Below are positions 1 through 10,490 of a stretch of DNA of 64,000 nucleotides, piece after piece (position 1 is the first letter of the stretch; every line of letters starts with the position of its first letter). Both the position numbers and the translations under genes were made by a program. A model generated the notes under the pieces. It made no database searches. It had not been told where the DNA came from and was given only the letters and a program-made list of their open reading frames with translations. The DNA comes from an uncultured Gammaproteobacteria bacterium (GTDB lineage: Bacteria; Patescibacteriota; Microgenomatia; Levybacterales; GWA1-39-11), in contig CAZXND010000001.1 in assembly GCA_964641355.1 (NCBI GenBank), positions 87,858-151,857 of the forward strand, written 5' to 3'.

Positions 1-31
1 CGTCAATCTCAAGCGAACCTTGATGTGTCAT
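1..31 (-). CDS. infA: Probable translation initiation factor IF-1, N-terminal fragment (runs off window edge)
   Basis: ATG at 31 gives MTHQGSLEID(G), resembling the IF-1 start; canonical position after secY-adk-map; promoter just upstream. Only 10 codons visible. Confidence 0.5.
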   Translation of the reverse strand, partial: MTHQGSLEID

Positions 32-46
32 TTAACTTCAAGCGTT

Positions 47-75
47 ATTGTACCAAATCAGGCACACTATAGCAA
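47..75 (-). promoter_or_regulatory. sigma70-type promoter for putative infA
   Basis: TTGCTA(75-70)-17 nt-TACAAT(52-47), with extended TG. Confidence 0.6.
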
Positions 76-81
76 TAGATG

Positions 82-894
82 CTAAATACTAAAGTCGTCT
101 CCAGACAGTTTGGTTAAAATCTCAGGTGTCCCACTTTTTATCAGAATAGTTCTCTCAAAAAGACCCGAATCGCTCCCATCACTTGTTACAATAGTCCAAT
201 CGTCTTCTTCACTATAGGAAACAGTACTTTTTCCTTTGTTATAAATAACTTCAACTGCTATCGTCATTCCTTCTGTTAACATTGGCGTTAATTCGATACT
301 ACCTTTTAAATATCCAGGAATTTCAGGCTCTTCATGAAGTTCTTCGCCTACTCCATGCCCTACCAGACTTCGCACTATGGAATAGCCACTACCTTCAACT
401 ATTTCTTGTATAGCTTTCGATACATCACCAACTCTATTACCAGATTTTGCCTTGCTAATACCTGCAAATAATGCTTCTTTGCCAATTTTAATGAATTTAT
501 CGATATCATCACGACATTCAGAATCCTTTCTGAATAATTGGGCGATACCATCTCTTATTCTAAAAGTCTCAGACATATCGGTATGAAAACCATTTAAAAA
601 AACTCCACAGTCAATTCCAACTATATCTCCTTCCTTCAGTTTTCGATTTTTCGGAATTCCATGTACAACCACATTATTAATAGAAATACAAATCGTGTGT
701 TTATAATCTTCTACGCGCTTAAAGCCTGGCTCCCCACCGTGTTCTAAAATATACTCCTCAGCCATCTTATCAATCTCTATTTCCGAAATACCTTCTTTTA
801 TATTTTTACTAAGATAAAACAAAGTATCTCCCAAGATTTTTCCACCTAAACGCATTGCATTAATTTTTTTTACATCCATTTTCTTATTTATCAT
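82..894 (-). CDS. map: Methionine aminopeptidase type I
   Basis: CISINNVVVHGIP, GDIVGIDCG, GHGVG..LHEEP, AVE, FERT motifs; follows adk. Confidence 0.96.
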   Translation of the reverse strand: MINKKMDVKKINAMRLGGKILGDTLFYLSKNIKEGISEIEIDKMAEEYILEHGGEPGFKRVEDYKHTICISINNVVVHGIPKNRKLKEGDIVGIDCGVFLNGFHTDMSETFRIRDGIAQLFRKDSECRDDIDKFIKIGKEALFAGISKAKSGNRVGDVSKAIQEIVEGSGYSIVRSLVGHGVGEELHEEPEIPGYLKGSIELTPMLTEGMTIAVEVIYNKGKSTVSYSEEDDWTIVTSDGSDSGLFERTILIKSGTPEILTKLSGDDFSI

Positions 895-1438
895 TTTCCT
901 CTTTTAATGACTTAAAAAGATATTCTTTAATTTCTTCAACTGGTCTCTCTCCGTCTATATCTATAAGTTTTTTTTCTTTACGATAATAATCTATTACAGG
1001 TTCTGTGAATTTGAAAAAAATTTCCATCCTCTTTTTAATAGCATTATTTGTGTCATCTTCTCTATTTTCTTTTTCCATCCTCAATCCCAATCTATGAAGA
1101 GCTGTATCCTCACTAATATTGAAGTTAATAACCTTATCTATTTTCTGATCGAGGTTTTTCGCCTGTTTTAATGTTCTTGGAAAACCGTCTAAAATAAATC
1201 CCTTCCTATATTCTTTTTTTCTGAGATATTTCGTAACAATTTCAAAAGCTATATCATCAGGAACTAGATATCCAGCATTTAAAACTTCTTTAATATATCT
1301 GGAGAATTTTGACTTACCCTTCGCTATATCACGAAAAATATGCCCAGAAGATAAGTATGGCAAATTAAATTCTTCTGAAAGAATATTTCCTTGAGTAGAC
1401 TTACCACTACCTTGTAATCCTATTAAAATTATTTTCAA
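884..1438 (-). CDS. adk: Adenylate kinase (short LID)
   Basis: GLQGSGKSTQ P-loop, LDGFPRT, REDD; after secY; TTG start. Confidence 0.95.
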   Translation of the reverse strand: MKIILIGLQGSGKSTQGNILSEEFNLPYLSSGHIFRDIAKGKSKFSRYIKEVLNAGYLVPDDIAFEIVTKYLRKKEYRKGFILDGFPRTLKQAKNLDQKIDKVINFNISEDTALHRLGLRMEKENREDDTNNAIKKRMEIFFKFTEPVIDYYRKEKKLIDIDGERPVEEIKEYLFKSLKEENDK

Positions 1439-1464
1439 TTTAATAACTCCTTATAATAAAACGG

Positions 1465-2760
1465 TTAAGACCGCAAGCTATTATTTAAAAACCTATCATA
1501 ACTTCTTGTCGCAAATTGTGCTTCAAGTATCTTAACCGTTTCAATAACTACCGAAACAACAATTAGAACACTCGTTCCTCCAATCAAGAGATTGGAGTTA
1601 TTAATAAATGCACGTGCGAAAGAAGGAAGAATAGCTATTACCCCCAAGAACACAGCTCCCGCAAGAGTTATTCTTGTTATTATATTATTAAGAAAGTCAG
1701 CGGTAGATTTACCAGGTCTTACTCCTGGGATAAATCCTCCTGATTTTTGAATATCTTCAGCAATCTTCTTAGGATCAAAAATAACCGCAGTATAAAAATA
1801 AGTGAACCCAACAACTAAAAGAAAATAAACAACGTTATATGAAATACTCTCAGGATTAAAATTCACTGCTAAGAATTCTCCTATTCCAACAAAGCTTGTA
1901 TTTTTAAGTGCAATCAAGTAGTTAGCAAAAAGAGATGGCAATAAAACAATTGAAACAGCAAATATTATCGGAATTACTCCTGCTTGATTTAGTTTCAAAG
2001 GAAGGTGAGTCGACTGCTTTACCTCTCCACCCCTAACTCTCTTTGCATAATATATGGGAACTTTTCTTACTGCTTCACTTACAAAGATTATCGCAGCAAT
2101 AACAACAACTGAAAGTATAGCAAACACTGTCAGGTTTAGAGCGTCTGAAGAATTTGTACTTGAAATGGTTTGACCAAAAATCACGGGAAACCTTCCCACT
2201 ATACCAGCAAAAATTAAAAGAGAAATGCCATTTCCTAATCCCTGTTCACTTATTAACTCCCCTATCCACATCAAGAAAAGAGTCCCAGCGGTTAATGTGG
2301 TTATAAAAGCCACCATATCAATCGGAGAAAGATTACCAATTATATTTTGACTCCTTAAAAGAGCGTACATCCCAATCCCCTGAACAACAGAAAGAGGTAT
2401 TGTTAAATATCGAGTATATTGATTAATTTTTTGTCTACCATACTCTCCCTCTTTAGAAAGAGCTTCCAGTTTTGGGTAAACAACGGTAAGCATCTGGAAA
2501 ACTATAGATGAGTAGATGTAAGGATTCAAACCTAGTGCTAATATGGAAAAATTAGAAAGAGTTCCACCTGAAAATATATCAAGAAGACCTAAAAATTGAT
2601 TACTTGAAAAAAGCGCTTTTAATTGATTTACATTTACACCTGCAACTGGAATATGAGCAAAAAGTCTAAAAATCAAGAAAAGCAAAAGAATTATAAATAT
2701 CTTTTTTCTTATCTCTTTGTCCTTAAAACTATTCTTAAAAAGTCTTAGCAATTCTCCCAC
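1465..2760 (-). CDS. secY: Preprotein translocase SecY
   Basis: [39 protein letters not shown] motifs; many TM segments. Confidence 0.98.
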   Translation of the reverse strand: MGELLRLFKNSFKDKEIRKKIFIILLLFLIFRLFAHIPVAGVNVNQLKALFSSNQFLGLLDIFSGGTLSNFSILALGLNPYIYSSIVFQMLTVVYPKLEALSKEGEYGRQKINQYTRYLTIPLSVVQGIGMYALLRSQNIIGNLSPIDMVAFITTLTAGTLFLMWIGELISEQGLGNGISLLIFAGIVGRFPVIFGQTISSTNSSDALNLTVFAILSVVVIAAIIFVSEAVRKVPIYYAKRVRGGEVKQSTHLPLKLNQAGVIPIIFAVSIVLLPSLFANYLIALKNTSFVGIGEFLAVNFNPESISYNVVYFLLVVGFTYFYTAVIFDPKKIAEDIQKSGGFIPGVRPGKSTADFLNNIITRITLAGAVFLGVIAILPSFARAFINNSNLLIGGTSVLIVVSVVIETVKILEAQFATRSYDRFLNNSLRS

Positions 2761-2789
2761 TATATTTTAAAGTTAAATATTAAAAGGGT

Positions 2790-3230
2790 TTAAATCTCAA
2801 CTTTTCCACCAGCTTTTTCGATTTTCACTTTTGCGGCGTTGGAAATTTTTACCTTGATTACCAAAGGAACTTTTACTTCTCCTTCACCGAGAATTTTTAC
2901 TCCGTACTGTTTGGCCTCATCCGCTTTAATAATTTTATTTTTTATAAGAGCATCTAAATCGACCGTGCTATTTGCAGAAAAAAGATTTAATATTTTTATA
3001 TTAACTGGAAGAGGTTTTTTCTTGAAAACATTATTTCTATCCTTTCCTCTTCTCAACGGAAGTCTTTTAATAAGAGGTAAGGCCCCTCCTTCAAAAAACA
3101 AACTAATATCTCTTCTTGCTTTTTGTCCTTTAGTTCCGCGTCCCGAAGTTTTACCACGTCCCGAACCATGACCCCTTCCAAGTCTTCTACTTTTTTTTGT
3201 TTTAATTTTTTGTAAACTATTTAAATCCAT
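2790..3230 (-). CDS. rplO: 50S ribosomal protein L15
   Basis: RLGRGHGSGRGKTSGRGTKGQKAR, FEGG. Confidence 0.97.
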   Translation of the reverse strand: MDLNSLQKIKTKKSRRLGRGHGSGRGKTSGRGTKGQKARRDISLFFEGGALPLIKRLPLRRGKDRNNVFKKKPLPVNIKILNLFSANSTVDLDALIKNKIIKADEAKQYGVKILGEGEVKVPLVIKVKISNAAKVKIEKAGGKVEI

Positions 3231-3694
3231 TATTTTCCTTTGTTCATTTTTTTACTTAAAATGTTTAATGCTTCAAAGGTTGCGTAGACATTGCTTGCTT
3301 TATTTTCTGTTCCAAGAATCTTTGATGATATATTCCTAATTCCCGCAACTTCAACAACACTTCTAACAGCTCCCCCTGCAATAATTCCAGTTCCTGCCGG
3401 AGCAGGTTTTAAAAGAATTTCTGAAGCACCTTTTTTAATCCTAATAGGATAAGGGATCGTATCTTTTACAAGAGGTACATCTATAAGTCTCTTTTTTGCA
3501 TAGGTTGAAGCCTTTGTAATCGCAGATGAAACATCGTTTGACTTACCTAATCCGACTCCAACACGTCCTCTCCTGTTTCCAACTACTACCAAAGCAGCGA
3601 ATCTCATTTTATTTCCTCCTTTTGTTTTCTTAGAAACACGATTAATTTGAACAATCTTTTCTTCAAATTTTTCACCATCAACGAAATTATCCAT
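3230..3694 (-). CDS. rpsE: 30S ribosomal protein S5
   Basis: [25 protein letters not shown]. Confidence 0.97.
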   Translation of the reverse strand: MDNFVDGEKFEEKIVQINRVSKKTKGGNKMRFAALVVVGNRRGRVGVGLGKSNDVSSAITKASTYAKKRLIDVPLVKDTIPYPIRIKKGASEILLKPAPAGTGIIAGGAVRSVVEVAGIRNISSKILGTENKASNVYATFEALNILSKKMNKGK

Positions 3695-3695
3695 T

Positions 3696-4049
3696 TTAAA
3701 AAACTAGTCCTCCTTTTCTTACTGCTTCTGCAAAAACCTTTACTTTCCCATGGTATTTATAAGCGCCTTTATCAAAAACTACTTGTGTTATTTTTTTCTC
3801 TTGTGCTTTTTTTGCTATCAATTTTCCAAGTTCTTCTACTCTTTCAAGACCATTTATATTTTCTGCAATTTGTTTTTCATTAACACTTGCAACAGTGATG
3901 CCTTGAGAATCATCAATTATCTGAGCATAAAGAAATCTATTAGAGCGGAAGACAGATAATCTCACTCTTCCATTTTCTCTTACAGATTTTCTTGTTCGGT
4001 TCACTCTTCTACTTTTTCTAATTTTTTTTATTTTTTCTTCTTTTATCAT
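3696..4049 (-). CDS. rplR: 50S ribosomal protein L18
   Basis: RLSVFRSNR..YAQIIDD, YKYHGKVK. Confidence 0.96.
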   Translation of the reverse strand: MIKEEKIKKIRKSRRVNRTRKSVRENGRVRLSVFRSNRFLYAQIIDDSQGITVASVNEKQIAENINGLERVEELGKLIAKKAQEKKITQVVFDKGAYKYHGKVKVFAEAVRKGGLVF

Positions 4050-4057
4050 TTTATCTC

Positions 4058-4609
4058 CTATTTGGCACCACCTACAGCTTTAGCTGCTTTACCCACTTTC
4101 CTTCTAATTTTTTCACCAACATATTTAATTCCTTTTGCTTTATATGGATCAGGCACCCTTATAGCTCTTATTTTACTAGCTACATCTCCAACTAATCCCT
4201 TATCTATTCCCGAAACACTTATTGTATTATCTTCAACTTTCAGATCTATCCCAATCGGAGCGTTAAACTTTACAGGAACTGCAAACCCAAGATTTAATAC
4301 CAAATCTTGCCCTTCCATTCTGGCTCTATAACCGACTCCAGAAAGTTCTAACTTTTTCTCAAATCCGCTTGTAACCCCCTCAACCATATTCGCAATCAAA
4401 GCTCGAGTAAGTCCATAAAATTTTGCGAAATCTCTTGCTTGATTAACTTGCTCCACTTTAATATTTTCATTATCAACTTTTACCCCAATTCCATGAGGAA
4501 TCTTTACTTCAAGATTACCCTTTGGTCCTGTAACTAAAACCTTTTCACCTGTTATACTAACAGATACACCTTCTTTTATTTTTATGACTTGTTTTCCAAT
4601 ATTTGACAT
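4058..4609 (-). CDS. rplF: 50S ribosomal protein L6
   Basis: MSNIGK, GVGYRA, PDPYKAKGI. Confidence 0.97.
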   Translation of the reverse strand: MSNIGKQVIKIKEGVSVSITGEKVLVTGPKGNLEVKIPHGIGVKVDNENIKVEQVNQARDFAKFYGLTRALIANMVEGVTSGFEKKLELSGVGYRARMEGQDLVLNLGFAVPVKFNAPIGIDLKVEDNTISVSGIDKGLVGDVASKIRAIRVPDPYKAKGIKYVGEKIRRKVGKAAKAVGGAK

Positions 4610-4615
4610 AATATT

Positions 4616-5005
4616 CTAATAAATTCTGAAAAGAATCTCTCCTCCTATTTTATTTTTGATCGCATCGTTTCTTGTCATTACACCTTTACTAGTTGTCATT
4701 ATTACTACTCCAGGCTCTCTAAAACCCTTTACCTTTTGTGCGCTTAAAAAATTATGAGCAGAAGGCTTAGAAATAACTTTTACCTCAGTAAAAACACGAG
4801 AAATAGAACTATCTAGAAGGCTTATTTCAATTTTTTTAATTGGGCTCTTTTTATCTGTTAAAATTTCCGCCTTACTAATCAATCCTTCTTTTTCAAGAAT
4901 CTTGGCAATAGAATAATTAAGCTTTGAATAAGGTGTTGTGACCTTATCTCTACTTGCCATATATGCATTTTTGACTCTAATTAAAAAATCTGCTGCTGTA
5001 TACAT
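4616..5005 (-). CDS. rpsH: 30S ribosomal protein S8
   Basis: ADFLIRVKNA, ISKP, TSKGVM, GGEIL. Confidence 0.95.
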   Translation of the reverse strand: MYTAADFLIRVKNAYMASRDKVTTPYSKLNYSIAKILEKEGLISKAEILTDKKSPIKKIEISLLDSSISRVFTEVKVISKPSAHNFLSAQKVKGFREPGVVIMTTSKGVMTRNDAIKNKIGGEILFRIY

Positions 5006-5011
5006 AATAAT

Positions 5012-5197
5012 TTACCAACTGGCCTTCTTAACTCCAGGAAGCTCTCCTTTCAAAGCCCTTTCTCTAAAACAAATCCTACACATGCCAAAAGTTCTAAGGT
5101 ATCCCTTGGATCTTCCACAGAGCATACAAATATTTTTTTCTCTTGTACTAAACTTTTGTTTTTTGTTGTATTTAACAATATTCGATTTCTTTGCCAT
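5012..5197 (-). CDS. rpsN: 30S ribosomal protein S14 (zinc-binding, type Z)
   Basis: [24 protein letters not shown]. Confidence 0.97.
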   Translation of the reverse strand: MAKKSNIVKYNKKQKFSTREKNICMLCGRSKGYLRTFGMCRICFRERALKGELPGVKKASW

Positions 5198-5211
5198 TTT
5201 AAAATAGAGAA

Positions 5212-5754
5212 TTAATTCGTCTCTAATCCCTTCTTAAACTTCATCCCCATAGCTTCAAGTAAGTTCTTAGCTTCCTCGTCATTTTTAGCGTTGGTAACAA
5301 TCGTTACCTGAAGACTTCTTACCTTATCAACCTTGCCTGGATCTATCTCAGGAAACACAGTACTTTCCGTAAATCCAAGACTTAGATTTCCTCTCCCATC
5401 AAAGGCTTTTGAATCTACCCCAGAAAAATCTCTTACACGAGGGAAGACTATTTTAACAAGTTTTTCAAAAAAATCATACATTCTACTTCCTCTAAGAGTG
5501 ACAGTCATACCAATCTGATCTCCTTCTCTAAGTTTAAATGTAGAAATCGAAACTCTAGCTTTTGAGGTTTTTGGTTTTTGCCCCGTAATTAAAGATAGTT
5601 CTTCTCTTGCTCTTTCAATATTCTTCTTATCTTGCAAAAAGTCTCTATTAGATTCATTAACCATTATTTTAACAAGTTTGGGGAGAGCCATTGGATTCTT
5701 TATACCCAATTTCTCCTGTAAGTCTTTTTGTAATTGCTTTTGCTTATCGTTCAT
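5212..5754 (-). CDS. rplE: 50S ribosomal protein L5
   Basis: ITGQKP, FKLREG, PRVRDF, FPEI. Confidence 0.97.
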   Translation of the reverse strand: MNDKQKQLQKDLQEKLGIKNPMALPKLVKIMVNESNRDFLQDKKNIERAREELSLITGQKPKTSKARVSISTFKLREGDQIGMTVTLRGSRMYDFFEKLVKIVFPRVRDFSGVDSKAFDGRGNLSLGFTESTVFPEIDPGKVDKVRSLQVTIVTNAKNDEEAKNLLEAMGMKFKKGLETN

Positions 5755-5765
5755 ATTTTATTAAA

Positions 5766-5879
5766 TTATCCCTGTCTTTGTTTGTGCTTGGGATTATCAC
5801 ACACAATATAAAGCTTTCTTCTTCTTTTAACAATCTTGCAATTTTTACATCTTTTTTTAATTGAAGCTTGAACTTTCAT
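5766..5879 (-). CDS. rpmJ: 50S ribosomal protein L36 (not in the ORF track, 37 aa)
   Basis: Manual translation [37 protein letters not shown]; CxxC..C..H zinc ribbon and KHKQRQG end; AAGGAG upstream. Confidence 0.97.
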   Translation of the reverse strand: MKVQASIKKRCKNCKIVKRRRKLYIVCDNPKHKQRQG

Positions 5880-5880
5880 C

Positions 5881-6189
5881 TTATATCTCCTTTTTACACT
5901 TTCTACAAATTCTACTCTTTTTACCTTCTTTAACCAAAAACCCTACCCTTGTCATCTTCTTACATTTAGGACAAACAAGAACAACCGCTCCTAGGCTATA
6001 AGGTCTTACTAACGTTATTATTTCTGATTTTTGTCCACTCGCACTATTACCCTTAATATGTTTTTTAAATTGATTTAGTCCTTCAACCACTATTTTACTA
6101 CCAGAGAAAATTCTACCAACTTTTCCCTCTTTTCCCTTATCTTTCCCTAAAATTACTTTTACTGTATCGCCTTTTTTAATCTTTAACAT
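5881..6189 (-). CDS. rplX: 50S ribosomal protein L24
   Basis: [20 protein letters not shown]; CxxC motif. Confidence 0.96.
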   Translation of the reverse strand: MLKIKKGDTVKVILGKDKGKEGKVGRIFSGSKIVVEGLNQFKKHIKGNSASGQKSEIITLVRPYSLGAVVLVCPKCKKMTRVGFLVKEGKKSRICRKCKKEI

Positions 6190-6192
6190 ATC

Positions 6193-6567
6193 TTATACAA
6201 CGTACTTCGCAAGACTTGCTATCTTTGAAAATCCTTTTTCTTTAATTTCTCTCGCAACAGGGCCAAAAATTCTTGTCCCCATAGGATTTTTACTCTCTGG
6301 ATTTTCAATTATAACTCCAGCATTATCTGAAAATCTTATATATGAGCCGTCTTTTCTTTTGTATTCTTTTTTTGTTCTAACCAAAACAACTTTAACCTTA
6401 TCACCCTTTTTATAATTTGTGTTTGGTAAAGCACGCTTTACTACGCACCCAAGAATTTCTCCCAAATATCCAAATCTCCTTTTTGAACCAGTATAGATAT
6501 GTATCACCATAAGTTGCTTTACACCAGTATTATCAGCTACATTTAACATTGTTCTATGTTGAACCAT
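6193..6567 (-). CDS. rplN: 50S ribosomal protein L14
   Basis: LNVADNTG, IRFSDNA, GTRIFGPVARE. Confidence 0.97.
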   Translation of the reverse strand: MVQHRTMLNVADNTGVKQLMVIHIYTGSKRRFGYLGEILGCVVKRALPNTNYKKGDKVKVVLVRTKKEYKRKDGSYIRFSDNAGVIIENPESKNPMGTRIFGPVAREIKEKGFSKIASLAKYVV

Positions 6568-6809
6568 TAATTTTCTCCTCCCTCAACAGATACTAATTTA
6601 AACTTTTTCTTTTTAGAGATAGGTCGAGTAGGTGCAATACTCACAACATCCCCCACCTTTACCTGTAAACTTCCAGGGTCTACTAAGTATTTCTTATTTT
6701 TTTTAATAATCTTTTTGTAAATCTCATGCCTTACTTTTCTCTCAACTTCAACTACAACAGTTTTTGGAGTAGAGGTTGAAATAATTTTTCCAGTTATTAG
6801 TCTAGCCAT
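6567..6809 (-). CDS. rpsQ: 30S ribosomal protein S17
   Basis: KTVVVEV, GDVVSI..TRPISK. Confidence 0.95.
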   Translation of the reverse strand: MARLITGKIISTSTPKTVVVEVERKVRHEIYKKIIKKNKKYLVDPGSLQVKVGDVVSIAPTRPISKKKKFKLVSVEGGEN

Positions 6810-7008
6810 TTTTAACTCCTTTCTCTTTAATTACAGTTAAAATTCTTGCTAAATCTTTCCTTTTATTTCTAACGGAATTCAAATTTTTATTGGTTCCGCG
6901 AATAATTTCCATCCTTAATTTCATAATTTCTCCTTTTAAATCCTTCATTGACCTAAGTAATTCTTCGTGTGTCTTTGTATGTAATTCAACTCTATCAGTC
7001 TTTTTCAT
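6802..7008 (-). CDS. rpmC: 50S ribosomal protein L29
   Basis: RKDLARILT; position; start reassigned to ATG at 7008 (MKKTDR). Confidence 0.92.
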   Translation of the reverse strand: MKKTDRVELHTKTHEELLRSMKDLKGEIMKLRMEIIRGTNKNLNSVRNKRKDLARILTVIKEKGVKNG

Positions 7009-7009
7009 A

Positions 7010-7423
7010 TTAATCTCTCTTAATAAATGAACTTTTAACAGGCAACTTATGAGATGCAAGTCTCAATGCTTCCTTAGCTATGGGCTCGGTAACCCCACCC
7101 ATTTCAAATAAAACACTGCCTGTTTTAACAACTGCTACATACTCATGCAGATCACCTTTTCCTCCACCCATTCTTGTTTCAGGAGGTTTTTTTGTGATAG
7201 GCTTATCGGGAAAGATTCTTATCCAAACTCTTCCTCCCCGTTTTATAAAATGCGTTATTGCCTTTCTTGCCGATTCAATTTGTCTAGATGAAACGTTTCC
7301 AATTTCAGTTGATACGAGACCATAGTCACCAAAAGAAAGTTTATTTCCTCTTAGAGCAACTCCATAATCCGACTTATTAGGTCTAAATTGTTTTCTGTAT
7401 TTTAATCTTTTTGGCATTAACAT
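7010..7423 (-). CDS. rplP: 50S ribosomal protein L16
   Basis: [27 protein letters not shown]. Confidence 0.98.
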   Translation of the reverse strand: MLMPKRLKYRKQFRPNKSDYGVALRGNKLSFGDYGLVSTEIGNVSSRQIESARKAITHFIKRGGRVWIRIFPDKPITKKPPETRMGGGKGDLHEYVAVVKTGSVLFEMGGVTEPIAKEALRLASHKLPVKSSFIKRD

Positions 7424-7425
7424 AA

Positions 7426-8067
7426 TTATCCCTTATCTATCCAAACCTTAACTCCTACATAACCACTTTTTGTTAAAGATGGAACACTTGCGTAATCAAT
7501 ATTTTCTCTAATGGTTGAAAGGGAAACTTTTCCAGACTGAGTTCTCTCTCTTCTTCCAATTTCGGCTCCACCAATTCTTCCTGAAAGAACAATTCTCACA
7601 CCCTTTGCTCCCGATGACATAACTCTATCAGTAGCTTGTTTAAGTACTCTTTTATGTGGAAATCTTCTTGCTATTTGTTCTGAGATGTTACTTGCAACAA
7701 GATATGCGTTTAGATTAGGATCTTTTATTGGCTCGACTTTTATTTCCACCTTTGGTGCATTTTTATTCTCATTTTTTTGAGACAGAAGTCTTAAAATTCC
7801 TCGTCTTAATTCCTCGAGTCCTGTTCCACCTCTTCCAATAACAATTCCAGGTCTTACAACATAAATTATGATTTTTATGTGACTTGGTGATCTTTCTATT
7901 AACACATCTCCAACACTTGCCTGTCTAAGCTTTTTATAAAGCATTTCTCTTATTTGTATATCTTGAAAAACTATTTTTGAATAAGTCTTCTTAGGATAGA
8001 ACCCTATACTTTTGAAATCATGATGTATTCCAAGTCTCAATCCGATTGGATTAACTTTTTGACCCAT
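7426..8067 (-). CDS. rpsC: 30S ribosomal protein S3
   Basis: [13 protein letters not shown] start at 8067 with GAGGAGGAGG SD; RPGIVIG; GVKVWI. Confidence 0.97.
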   Translation of the reverse strand: MGQKVNPIGLRLGIHHDFKSIGFYPKKTYSKIVFQDIQIREMLYKKLRQASVGDVLIERSPSHIKIIIYVVRPGIVIGRGGTGLEELRRGILRLLSQKNENKNAPKVEIKVEPIKDPNLNAYLVASNISEQIARRFPHKRVLKQATDRVMSSGAKGVRIVLSGRIGGAEIGRRERTQSGKVSLSTIRENIDYASVPSLTKSGYVGVKVWIDKG

Positions 8068-8452
8068 TTTCCTCCTCCTTCTCTTTTTCAATCTTTGGCT
8101 TGCTAACAACTTTTACAATATCCTTACCTTCAATCACAACTTTAATATGACTCGTTCTTCTTTTATAAGGTCTTACCCTTCCTCTCGCCGCAAAGTGATA
8201 TCTTTTAAGCATCGTACCTTCATTAACAACAATACTTTTCAGTGTTAAATCCTCACGCTTAGCTTTAAAATTATTAATAGCGTTTGCTATCGCACTTTCA
8301 ATAGTTTTTTTCACTGGTGTTGAAGCTCTTTTATTTAAAATAGAGAGCCTTGAAAGTGCATGGTTTAATTTTTTGCCTCTTACAGCATCGGCAATTAACC
8401 TAACTTTTCTAGGTGAAATTCTTATATTTTTAGCTTCGGCTGTATACAACAT
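8051..8452 (-). CDS. rplV: 50S ribosomal protein L22
   Basis: IRISPRKVRLIAD, AARGR, TSHI; start reassigned to 8452. Confidence 0.96.
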   Translation of the reverse strand: MLYTAEAKNIRISPRKVRLIADAVRGKKLNHALSRLSILNKRASTPVKKTIESAIANAINNFKAKREDLTLKSIVVNEGTMLKRYHFAARGRVRPYKRRTSHIKVVIEGKDIVKVVSKPKIEKEKEEENGSKS

Positions 8453-8456
8453 ATTT

Positions 8457-8741
8457 TTAAGTCTTTGAAATTTCTCTAGCAACAACTCTTCCATGTCCTC
8501 GAAAAACCCTTGTAGGAGAAAACTCTCCAAGTCTATGACCAACCATTGATTCTGTAACTTTTACTCCAATAAAGTTCTTACCATTATGAACCGCTATCGT
8601 GTGCCCTACAAATTCCGGTGGAATTTGACTCGCTCTTGCCCAAGTTTTAATAGCATCACGATTTCCACCTTCTTTTTGCTTAAGAACTTTCTTAAGCAGT
8701 CTCTGGTCGATATATGGCCCCTTAACTGATGATCTTGACAT
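8457..8741 (-). CDS. rpsS: 30S ribosomal protein S19
   Basis: [26 protein letters not shown]. Confidence 0.98.
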   Translation of the reverse strand: MSRSSVKGPYIDQRLLKKVLKQKEGGNRDAIKTWARASQIPPEFVGHTIAVHNGKNFIGVKVTESMVGHRLGEFSPTRVFRGHGRVVAREISKT

Positions 8742-8746
8742 ATAAT

Positions 8747-9487
8747 TTAAGACTTTCTCCTTTTAACAATATATTTATCTGAATATTTCTTTTTCTTTCT
8801 TGTTTTACCTACCGCAATTCTTCCTGCATAATTCTTTGGACTCTTCATACCAACCGAACTTCTTCCTTCTCCTCCTCCATGGGGATGAGAGGATGGATTC
8901 ATAGCAACTCCACGAACAGTTGGCCTAATTCCCATATGAATTGATCTTCCCGCCTTTCCGATAACTCGATCTTTCCACTCAACTCTAGCAAGCTGCCCAA
9001 TTGTTGCATAGTTTTCTTCATTTATTTTTCTTATTTCACCAGATGGCATTTTAATATGGATATAATTACCTTCTTTTGCCATTATCATTGCTTGATCTCC
9101 AGCAGATCTTGCAACTTGTCCACCTTTTCCTCTTCTAAGCTCGATATTATGGACCATTGTTCCGACAGGAATCTTTTTTAAGGGAAGTGTGTTTCCGACT
9201 TTAATATCTACTCCCTCACCTGAAATTATATGATCACCAAGAGAAAGACCCAACGGTCTTAAAACGTATCTTTTCTCTCCATCTGCGTATTGTACCAAAG
9301 CAAGATCTGCAGATCTATTAGGATCATATTCAAAAGCAATAACTCTTGCTGGAATATTCTTTTCTCTCTTAAAGTCCACAAGTCTATAGAATCTCTTGTG
9401 TCTTCCACCCTGATGTCTCACGGTGACTTGACCAGAAAAATTTCTTCCAGAATGTTTTTTTAATATCTTCTTTAAATCTCTAGACAT
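8747..9487 (-). CDS. rplB: 50S ribosomal protein L2 (short N-terminus)
   Basis: [22 protein letters not shown]. Confidence 0.98.
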   Translation of the reverse strand: MSRDLKKILKKHSGRNFSGQVTVRHQGGRHKRFYRLVDFKREKNIPARVIAFEYDPNRSADLALVQYADGEKRYVLRPLGLSLGDHIISGEGVDIKVGNTLPLKKIPVGTMVHNIELRRGKGGQVARSAGDQAMIMAKEGNYIHIKMPSGEIRKINEENYATIGQLARVEWKDRVIGKAGRSIHMGIRPTVRGVAMNPSSHPHGGGEGRSSVGMKSPKNYAGRIAVGKTRKKKKYSDKYIVKRRKS

Positions 9488-9783
9488 TAGCTTTTCTTCT
9501 CTTTCTTTTCTTCAAAAATGTCAATCTTTTGACCTTTAGCAAGAACAACTCTAGCCTTTTTAAACTCGAATTGTTTTTGACTTTTTCCCTTTTTTGTCAT
9601 TCTCACAACTGATCCCCTTATAATATTGGTATCAACCTTCTTTACATTAACTCCAAAAGCCTTTTCTACAGCTCTCCTAATTTCGACCTTACTTGAGTCT
9701 TTATCAACGATAAAAGTATACCTACCTTTTCCAGCGTCAGTCATTGATTTCTCTGTAATAATAGGTCTGATTATTGAATTCAT
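9487..9783 (-). CDS. rplW: 50S ribosomal protein L23
   Basis: PIITEKS, YTF, FKKARV. Confidence 0.96.
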   Translation of the reverse strand: MNSIIRPIITEKSMTDAGKGRYTFIVDKDSSKVEIRRAVEKAFGVNVKKVDTNIIRGSVVRMTKKGKSQKQFEFKKARVVLAKGQKIDIFEEKKEKKS

Positions 9784-9785
9784 AA

Positions 9786-10490
9786 TTATACTCTTATTAA
9801 CCTTTTAGATAAATCCTCGATTGCGTTTTTCTGAAAAATTACATAAGAAGCATCTAAAACGTCGTAAGTGTTTAAATCATTTGCATTTTCTACTTCAAGA
9901 CCTTCAATGTTCTTTGAGGCTTTAAAAATACTTTTTGAACCCTTAGAAATAACGAGAAGGATTTTATTAACCTCACCTCTTTTGCTAACTAAATTTAACG
10001 CTTTCAATGCGCCACTTATTTCTCTAGTTTTTTTGATTGTATCATCTACTGCTAAAACTATAATTTTCTCGTTTTTTAGCTTTTCAGTAAGTACGGCTGA
10101 CAAAGATTTTGCTCTCATTTTTTTAGGTAGATCTAAGGAGAAATCCCTAGGTTTTGGTCCAAAAACTATTCCTCCACCCACGAATATCGGTGCTCTTATC
10201 CCTCCGTGTCTAGCCTTTCCCGTTCCTTTTTGTCTATATATTTTTCTAGTTGACCCTCTCACTTCTCCTCTTGTTTTAGTTGAAGCGTTTCCTTCTCTTT
10301 GGTTTGCAAGAAAAACTCTTACAGCTTGAGCTATTAAACTAGGAGCAGCTGTAACACTAAAAATTTCTTTGGGAAGAGTAATTTTTCCAACACTTTTACC
10401 GCTAAGATCCATAATTGAAAGAATAAGCTCACTTTGCGAATCCTTTACTCTTGTAGTTACTTTTTCTGTTTTTGGACTAACTTTGGGCAT
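9786..10490 (-). CDS. rplD: 50S ribosomal protein L4
   Basis: TKTRGEVRG..RKIYRQKGTGKARHG, GGGIVFGPKPR; likely start MPKV at 10490 (AAGGAGG upstream). Confidence 0.96.
   Translation of the reverse strand: MPKVSPKTEKVTTRVKDSQSELILSIMDLSGKSVGKITLPKEIFSVTAAPSLIAQAVRVFLANQREGNASTKTRGEVRGSTRKIYRQKGTGKARHGGIRAPIFVGGGIVFGPKPRDFSLDLPKKMRAKSLSAVLTEKLKNEKIIVLAVDDTIKKTREISGALKALNLVSKRGEVNKILLVISKGSKSIFKASKNIEGLEVENANDLNTYDVLDASYVIFQKNAIEDLSKRLIRV

Noticed and set aside
3220-3240. Absence of rpmD (L30) between rpsE and rplO
   Set aside because: Real but already well known for CPR; used only as a taxonomic clue.
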